NCBI GenBank assembly: GCA_048013815.1
Contig: CM106585.1
Span: 12,648,001 to 12,712,000, forward strand
Direction of reading: 5' to 3'
Origin: Setoptus koraiensis
Taxonomy: Eukaryota; Animalia; Arthropoda
Length of the DNA stretch: 64,000 nucleotides
Shown: positions 39,146 to 47,458 of the stretch, piece after piece
Layout: each line of letters starts with the position of its first letter
How positions within the stretch are numbered: the first letter of the stretch is position 1
Position numbers and translations under genes: made by a program
Notes under the pieces: generated by a model
Databases searched by the model: none
Told to the model about the DNA's origin: nothing
Seen by the model: only the letters and a program-made list of their open reading frames with translations

Positions 39146-42100
39146 ACGCGCCCCGCATCAGCGTGGGCCCCGCGAACCCGCTGCGCGTCAACAAGGGCAC
39201 CGAGGCCCAGATGAGCTGCCAGGTGAACGCCAATCCGCCCGTCAGGGGCGTGCGATGGTTCAAGGACAAGAAATTGCTCACAAATCAGTACAATTACACT
39301 GTGCGAAACGCCAACAAAAACGACACCAGTTTGTATTATTGCGAAGCGGACAACGGCGTGCCCATGCCCGGCCTGGCGCCCCTCGCTAACGCCGCCAACA
39401 ACAAGGACGGGCCCGTCACGCGGGCCGGCGGCTTCTTCCAGGAAATGTTCGGTCAGCTGCTGGGCGACCAGCAAGACGGCCAAGAACCGACGTCGCCCAC
39501 AGTTGTCCGCATGCCCATGCAACTGGTGGTGCTGTACCCACCCACTGTGGTAGTGAGCTCGGACGCGCCCGATTACAACGAGGGCGACACTATCACGCTC
39601 GATTGTCAGGTTGACTCGTCGCCGGCGCCCCAGCGCGTAGTGTGGACCAAATCGGACAGTCAGCTGGTGTTTGACAAATACGAGAACCAGTATCAGATGA
39701 GATTGACGTCGGCCACCGCCGACATGGCCGGACAATACGAGTGTCAGGTGTTTGTGCGCATGGAGCCCACACCGCTCGCCAGTAACCAAAATGCGCCCGC
39801 CGACAGCCAGCTGGTGAGCGCAACCGGACGGGTACAGGTACGCGTCAATCACAAGCCCGGCAAGGCGGAATTAATCATTGGGCACAGCAGCGGCAGCAGC
39901 AGCACCGGCAACAACGGCGGCGGCCCCACAAACGGCACAAACGGATACCCGGCCGCGGGCTCGCCTTTGGTGACTGAATCGGGCCGCCAGACCATACTGA
40001 CGTGCAAGGCGTCGCCGCCCGGCTACCCGCTGCCCCAGTACGTCATTCAGAAGAGGGTGCCCAAGGGCGCACGCGAGGTATCGTTCATGTCCCAGAGTCA
40101 CCCCATTGTGTCTACCACTTACGCCGACGAGGGCGTCTACCTGTGCCGGGCCAACAACTCGCTGGGCGTGTCGAGCGAGGCCGAGGCCGAGCTCATAGTC
40201 AACGAGGCGCCCTCCATTATTATCGGACCTAACGCGCAGGACGTGCGCAAACCGGGCGAGCGGTACCACATAACTGTACGGGCCAAGGGCAAGCCTAAGC
40301 CGCGCGTCACCTGGTACCACAGCAACAGCGAGACGGGCAAATTGACGCAACTGATGAGCACCGCAAACAGCGGGCCGGACAACTTGAGCGGCGGCTCCGG
40401 CGCCGATGCCAGTGTGGCGGCTGTGACGGGACCCGCGGGCGCGTACGAGCAGCTGACGCCGTCCACGTTCGTCAGCGAACAGGGCCGCTACAAGGTGGAG
40501 ACCAAGTACAACATCGACCACGATCCCAACAGGAAAAATCTGCTGAGGCCCCAATACGAGGTGCAAACGACACTGACGTTCGAGTCGCTCACGCTGGACA
40601 ACAGGGGCAAGTACGTGATCCGGTTCGACAACGGTCAGTCGAAGTCGGCCAGCGCCGAGCACGAGCTGCACATAGATCACGCGCCCCTATTTAGGCAGGC
40701 GTACGGGAAACAGGCGTTCAATTTGAACGACCAGGTCAACCTGAAGTGCGTGGTGTCCGCGTACCCGAAGCCCGAGTTTGCCTGGTTCAAGGACGGCCAA
40801 AATCTGGAGCTGGCGGCCCGCTACTCGACGAGCGTCGCCGATCTGTCCGACGATTTGTGGGAGTCGACGCTGACCTTTGATAGGGCCCAAGAGGACGACT
40901 ACACCAATTACACGTGTCACGCGCACAACCAGATCAGCGCCAACCAGCAGCAAGAGGCCAAGCAAGACAACAACAACAACGAGGTCAAGAGCGTCATTAG
41001 GCTGGTGAAAAAGTCCGCACCGGAAGCGCCAACAAAGTTGTACGTGCTAGATTTGTTGCAAGACTCGGTGACGCTGCACTGGACGGCGGGCTTCAACGGA
41101 GGCTTCGAGGACACAAACTATTTTGTGTTTGCGCGAGTGTTGGGCGCCCCAGGGCCCCAAGCGCCAAACAAGCAACAGCCGTATAACAGCAACAACAACA
41201 ACAACAACAACCTGTTGCAGCCCATTGTTGGGTCGCGCAACAACGCTGACACGATGACGCAACAACAACAACAACAATATTCAAATGAGGAATTGCAAAT
41301 AGAGTACGACTGTCAACGCAGCAACCCGTGCGCCGTTAGCTCGCTGCTGCCCCGCCAATCGTACGCGTTCAAGGTGAAGGCCAACAACCCCATGGGCGAC
41401 AGCAGCTACAGCAACGAGGTGGTCATCACCACCAAGGCCAACGTGTCGCAAATACCGCGCGTGCTGGACGCCACCTTTGACCAGTCCATGAACAAGGTGA
41501 TATTTACCATAGAGCCCGGCTCTGATTACACCAATCTCAGCGCCAAGGTCGACTACCGGTACACGCTGCTGCCCGCCGCCGGCCCGACCGCCGCCACCAC
41601 CACCACGCTGGACTCAGCTTCCGGTCTGGAAATACCCACCGTGGCGGCCAGCTCCATCAACTCTGTCAACCCGAACAGCGGCGATGCGCACAGACTGACC
41701 GCCGCCGCAACGCAACCCCCAGCCGCACCCAACAACGAGTGGGCCTTCCTAACCCGGGTGCCCATCATCAAGGAGACCCAGGAGGCGCTGGTGGACGCGC
41801 CCGCGCAACCCGTCGAAATGCGCATTGCCATCTGTGTCGGTCAGAGCGAGCCGTGCGGCCCGGATTTCCTGGTGCGCATGCAAGAGCCCGTGCGCGGCCT
41901 GTTGTGGGGCCGCGACAGCCGGGTACTGTCGATGCCCTTCCTATTGTCGATAATGTTTGTGATAATTATAATAGCCACCATGGCCACATTTTTGCATTCG
42001 GCGTGCACGCGTTGCGTCACAAACAAGGCCAAACAGCACATGATGGGCGACAGCGGCAACGCAAAGGGCCTCGGACCGGTCGCAAACGGCAGCGCCGGCG

Positions 42101-42562
42101 CCCCGGACCAAAATCCCGACCGACAATCGGGGGGCACAATAACAAACGGTCACAACATAACGGGAATAACAAATCACGGGGCCGCCACTAGCGCCAGCAC
42201 GGACAGTGGCACCGACAGCGACACTGGCGGTCAAAAGTCCAACACAACTAGCACAACCAGCACCAATTTGATTGGTCAGACGGCAACAAACGGCTGGCCC
42301 GTCACTAGCCACCACCACAATCAGCTGATGAGCCAGCAACAACAACAACAAATGCTGCAACAGCAGCAACAACAGCAACAGCAACACCAGCAACAACTAC
42401 AACACCAACAACAACAGCTACAACAGTCCATGGCGGCCGAGCCCTCGAGTCCGCTGGGCGCCCACCAGGGCGACATGTGGCTGTTGCAGCAGCAGTATCA
42501 GCACGAGCTTGCCATCCAGCAGCAGGCGGTTTACGGCACGCTGACGCGCAACGGCGCCATAT
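39146..42562 (+). CDS. ed: Echinoid, 3.4-kb exon (Ig3-Ig7, FN3, degenerate FN3-like region, TM, most of the cytoplasmic tail)
   Basis: cgcag|AC gives VE-Y-APRISVGPANPLRV (Ed: YYPRVEVGPENPLRV). Also HKPGKA (HRPGQA), SPPGYPLPQY, VSAYPKPEF, WTAGFNGGF, YAFKVKANNPMGDSSYSNEV and TM LSMPFLLSIMFVIIIIATMATFL. Donor ATA T|gtaagt. Confidence 0.95.
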
Positions 42563-42593
42563 GTAAGTACCCGGCGTTAAACGCTTATTAGCG

Positions 42594-42617
42594 TTAATTA
42601 ATTAATTAATTAATTAA
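42594..42617. repeat. (TTAA)6 run inside the last echinoid intron
   Basis: Directly visible in the 160-nt intron 42563-42722. Confidence 0.9.
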
Positions 42618-42722
42618 TTTTGTTTGTAATTGCAAATTGCTAATCATCTCTCTGTAAAATGTCTCTCTCTGTATCCTTCAAATATTACGTAACGGATGTA
42701 ACCGCGCGCGATATCACAACAG

Positions 42723-43198
42723 ACTCGTCCTACGCCAGCTACGCGCCCTACGCCCCGGACCCGCCCGCCAACTATGCGCCCTACGCGCCCGAGCCACCCT
42801 CAAACTACGGCCCGTACACCTCGGATCCGGCCGCCGGCTACGCCCAGTACGCACCCGACCCACCCGCCAGTTACATGAGCCCCGGCGGAAGTCAGCATCA
42901 CCAACAACAACAACAGCAACAGCAGCACGACAACGATATGATGCAACAGTCTCTGTATAATGATTATAATCCCATGATGCAACAACAACAACAACAACAA
43001 CAACAGTCCCTGTACAATGATTACAATGCCACCACAAGCCAGCCAGTGACAACAGCAACCGGCGCAACAACGGCAAGCCAGGCAGCGTTACAATCGCCAA
43101 CAACATTGGTGCAACAAGCGGATATTTCCGACTACGGAACAACAACTGGAGCGCCGTCTAGAGGCGCCGCTCGCCTCATCAGGGAGATAATCGTTTAA
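42723..43198 (+). CDS. ed: Echinoid, terminal exon ending in the PDZ-binding motif IREIIV
   Basis: acaacag|AC, phase 1. Exons from 30315 sum to 4214 nt (+1 upstream base = 1405 codons). C-terminal EIIV is the diagnostic Ed PDZ ligand and separates it from Fred/Sns/Hbs. Confidence 0.93.
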
Positions 43199-43897
43199 TA
43201 CTCACACACCACACCATGCCGATTGACTGTAAATATTATATAATGTGAAGAATATATAATAGTTTCCAATTGCACACAAACACTGTACACAAATGCCTCA
43301 CTACACACACACTGTACACTAAATATAGTTTATGGTGTTTGTGGTGCGGCAAGGACGATAATTAGTGATTTACAAACAACAACTATTGTACAACTGTAAT
43401 AGGATATATTGATGATCCACCACCGCCACCGCCACCACCGCCACCAGCGTAAATTGTTATCAGCGCGCCACTGTTGTTTTGGTGGCCGTTGCAGGCCTCT
43501 ATTGTTGTTGTTGTTGTTGATGATATTAATATATATGGTTGTTGTTGTTATTGTTGTGGCCAGTAACGCACATTGCACAAATTGCAATTGCGGTTGTTGT
43601 GGCCACAATTATTATCCCTTCAAACGAACTCAACTCAAACTCACTCTCATCTCTGCTGTTGGTATCTCATCTCTGCTGTTGGTATCTCATCGCTCTCCCT
43701 CTCTCTCTCTCGACACAACAACCAGCATGTAAATAGACACACAATTATTAGACAATTACGCACAATTGAGTTGTGAGCACGCCGAGCAGCAGACTGTAAA
43801 CTTTAATTGGATACCCACACCTAATAGTAATGCTATGTTTTCTATGTAATAGACGCACCACTCCAAACGAATTTTTACATGAAATTAGACACAAACA

Positions 43898-43918
43898 AAT
43901 AAAGTAAAAATAAATAAA
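43898..43918 (+). terminator. Putative polyadenylation signals for ed (three AATAAA)
   Basis: AATAAA at 43898, 43909 and 43913, at the end of an AT-rich ~700-nt stretch after the stop codon. Confidence 0.45.
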
Positions 43919-44220
43919 ATATTCCGCTCGCGTCCCCCGTTTCGTCTGCACTAATTAACCGGCAACTAATTGCCGCTCGCCGGGCTCGCTGGGCTCGTTG
44001 GGCTCGTTGGGCTCGTTGGGGTCGCTGGCCTCGCTGGCCAGACAATAAACTGAGCGAATTCGCTCAATTGTTCGCCATGCAGCTTGCCATTTCGCCTTTC
44101 GCCGTCCGCCGCAGCGGCTTGTGCCGGCATTCAACAGCCTCACCTGGTCAGTGGAGACTCTTGAATCACGATCGATTGCGTCATATTCGTTAATTGGTCA
44201 TCATTAATTAATTACGGTGC

Positions 44221-44280
44221 GCACAACAAATGTCGACAGCGCACAACAAATGTCGACAGCGCACAACGAATGTCGACAGC
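44221..44280. repeat. 20-bp tandem repeat GCACAACAAATGTCGACAGC x3
   Basis: Directly visible. Confidence 0.9.
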
Positions 44281-45640
44281 GGCGATTTTGTGGTCCGAGG
44301 TCCGTAGGCGCACACTGACCGGCAACATTGTCGATGGGCGCTGTCGTGGTAACGGTGCTGTCGCTCACTATTGTTGTGCCTGTCGCGGCCGGTTGTGGAT
44401 GGTTTTTAATTAGATTACATCATCGTCGGCTCTCACTCGAGTGTATATCGAGTGTGTGTGTGCGAATAACGCAAAGTGCTGCGCTAATAATATAAATAAA
44501 TACAACAAATGTGAAATGGCAAGCGCGAAACGTTAAACGTGAGACACAAACTCGACGACGGCAAACATTGGCTCGCCAATATCATATTGCCATTGTGTAT
44601 TGGATGTATGGATTGGTGGTGTTGTTGTTGCAAACGACTCATCAACTTAACTGTATCACTGCAACCATTTCTGGCTACACAAACACACAAATGCTCGCTT
44701 GTTTGCATTGGCAATTTGTGTTTGTTGACTTGTCATTGTTGATTCGCTGATTGTGTCGACGGGTCGACGCGATCATCGCGCGCCCAGCTCGCCGCGTTTA
44801 GCCGTCGTGTTGCGGATCAACGTTGGCTTCGTTCACCAACAGCAGCCTCGACAGCAGCCTCGACGACAGTCGACAACAGCCAACAGCAGCCGATAACAGT
44901 CGACAACAGCAGCGAAGCCGGCCGAACGCGACCAAAGTGGCGCTAGCGGGCCGGCAAGCGTGACCGAGTAGCGGCACCTTTTCTAAATAAACAATCGCCG
45001 CTTCCGAGCTCGCGGGCGCTCGTCAATGGGGCGGCGCGTCATTAGCCGTCGCGTTGCCCGGCAGCGCCACTGCAAACCGTTGACAAGTTGTCGATATCGC
45101 TTCGCTCGCCCGCTCGCTTCTCTCGCCCGTTCGCCTGTCTCGCCGGCTGGCGCCTCCGGTTGCTCCGAGCGCGGCCGTTGGCCCGTTGGCCGTTCTTCGG
45201 CTCGGTCGAACCGCTTCGCACAATCGGAGGGATGGCCAGTGACCGACAGAGCCAGTTACTACAGGCACTATTGTTGTGCCTGTAGTAACAGTACGGCCCG
45301 CACGCCCCCGGCCCGGCGCTGGCATCGGTGCCGCGCCGATGCAGGCGACGGGCGGTGCCCGGCTGGCGCCGCCGCTCGTTCGTTTATGGGCACACAAGCT
45401 CATAAAGCTCGCGAGCCCATAAACGATGCGGGCAGCGAAGCGTTCGCGACCGTCGCCGTCGCAATTATCTCGCGCGAGCGTCTGTTGGCGTCGGACACTT
45501 GCAAATGACGATGCAAAATGCTGCACGGCGAAGACGCGCCGAGTTAGAGTCTGTAACTTGGCGAAAATCAACACGCACGGCGCAAACTGGAGCACTCACA
45601 CCTGTAACTAGCAGCGCATGTTTCGGTGCTGGTCAGTGCC

Positions 45641-45700
45641 GGTCATCGCTGGTCATCGCCGGTCATCGCTGGTCATCGCCGGTCATCGCTGGTCATCGCT
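45641..45700. repeat. 10-bp tandem repeat GGTCATCGCY x6
   Basis: Directly visible; the last base alternates T/C over most of the array. Confidence 0.9.
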
Positions 45701-47315
45701 GGCCGGTGCCGGTAAGTGCCGGACGCTGTCGGCAACAAGTGATTCTCGGAAGGCGCACTCCGAGAGGGCGCATTCCGAGAATCACTGGCTTCGCTCTGGC
45801 TGTTGGGCCGGCCTTTGGGCTTGTCGGCCCGTCAGTCCGTCCGCTTGTGGGCCGCTGAAACAATAGACCGGACACACGCACGGCATGCGCACGACGGGCG
45901 AGAACACAATCGACACTCGAACGTCGCTCCGCCGGCCACTATCTGGCCGGCCCATCTCGTCAGTGGCGCGAGCTCACTGGCTCCGGCCACTTGAGCCACT
46001 CAACGCCAAACAAGGCCATGTTTACCTGTGCACAGCACTCACCTGTTGGGCTCACCTGTACGCAGTGGCCTGTCGGCTCACCTGTCGTGTGCAGCCGATC
46101 ACCTACTAACATAGCACTGCCATACAGTAAGTAAGGGCTACTATGGGCACTACTATACACCGCTATGGTGGTGCGCACCTGTTGCGCGGCGCACTAATTG
46201 TGTGCGAGCCGCTAGCGGGGCGAGTGGCCGCTTTGCGAAATTACTGCGCCGCTCGATGGGAAATTCTTGGAAAAAGTGAGCTTGAGCCACTTGCCAACAT
46301 TGTGCTCGCCAGGTGGACTCACTTGTTGAGAGTCTCGAGTTGAGAGTCTCAAGTTGTGAGTCTCAAGTTGCGACTCGCACCTTGCGAGCGGCACTGCGCC
46401 GAGACTCGCGCGACGCACTCGGCCGGGTCGCTCAGGTCACCTGAGTCAGGTGAGCTCGCGCCGGACTCAGCGAGCACAGTCAGCGAGAGTGCGGCTCGGG
46501 TTGCCGACTCGGCGACCGCTGGCGGCGACTCGGCTACCGCTGGCGGCGACTCGCCGCCAGCGAGGGGGCGAAGGGGCGCGAGACCCGGGCGAGACTCAGG
46601 CGAGGTTGGGGGCGGCCCGGCGCGAGACCCACAGTTGAGACCTACAGTTGAGACCGACAGTTGAGACGCACGGCTGAGTCGGGCTGAGCCGGACAGACAG
46701 CGCGAGAGTATCATCGTCGTCTAATGAGCGAGCCGTGATTGCGGCAATGTTGCGCGTACACGCCGCGGCACATGCTACCAATTTTGGCCGTTAATTGGAC
46801 ATTTGTTGTCCCGATTGATCGGTTGTTGGCGCGAGGCGACAATTTGCTCATCAAATGACCTATTGCAACGAAACGCTGGACGACAGGCCGAAATTTTGGT
46901 GCCCAAAGCGACGCTCAAAGTGACAGATGGTGGCGAGATCGCGCCGCCGCGATTGAGTCTGTCCGTTTGTTTCAGCGCAGTGTGTGTGTGTGAGTGCGCC
47001 GTATCGAGTGTAATAATATCAGTATATGTCAGTGTAATAGTATAGTGTCGGTTTGGTCGACAACGAGTGCATCGAGCTATCATAACAACGACAACAGTAC
47101 AGCAAACTGTACCAACTCAACACACAACAAACTCATCACAAGTAGCAGCCAGACAGCAGCAGCAGCAACAGAAGCGATCTCGCCAACAGCAGCCGTTACA
47201 GCAGCGCGACGCCAAGACAGAATTGCGTAGCTAGCAGTGGATAGACCGATCAAACACAGTGTCCACAGTGTGCAATCAATTCATCGCGACAAAACCGAGC
47301 CAGCAGCACCACCAC

Positions 47316-47390
47316 ATGCCCAATAATCGCATGCCCAACAATCGCATGCCCAACAATCACATGCCCAACAATCACATGCCCAATAATCGC
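47316..47390. repeat. 15-bp tandem repeat ATGCCCAAYAATCRC x5 just upstream of the integrin start
   Basis: Five units, each beginning with ATG. Confidence 0.9.
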
Positions 47391-47458
47391 CCAATTACGA
47401 CACGACGATGATGTGACCTAATGTGCGCCAGTTACCTCATCATTAGCTCGCCATCACA

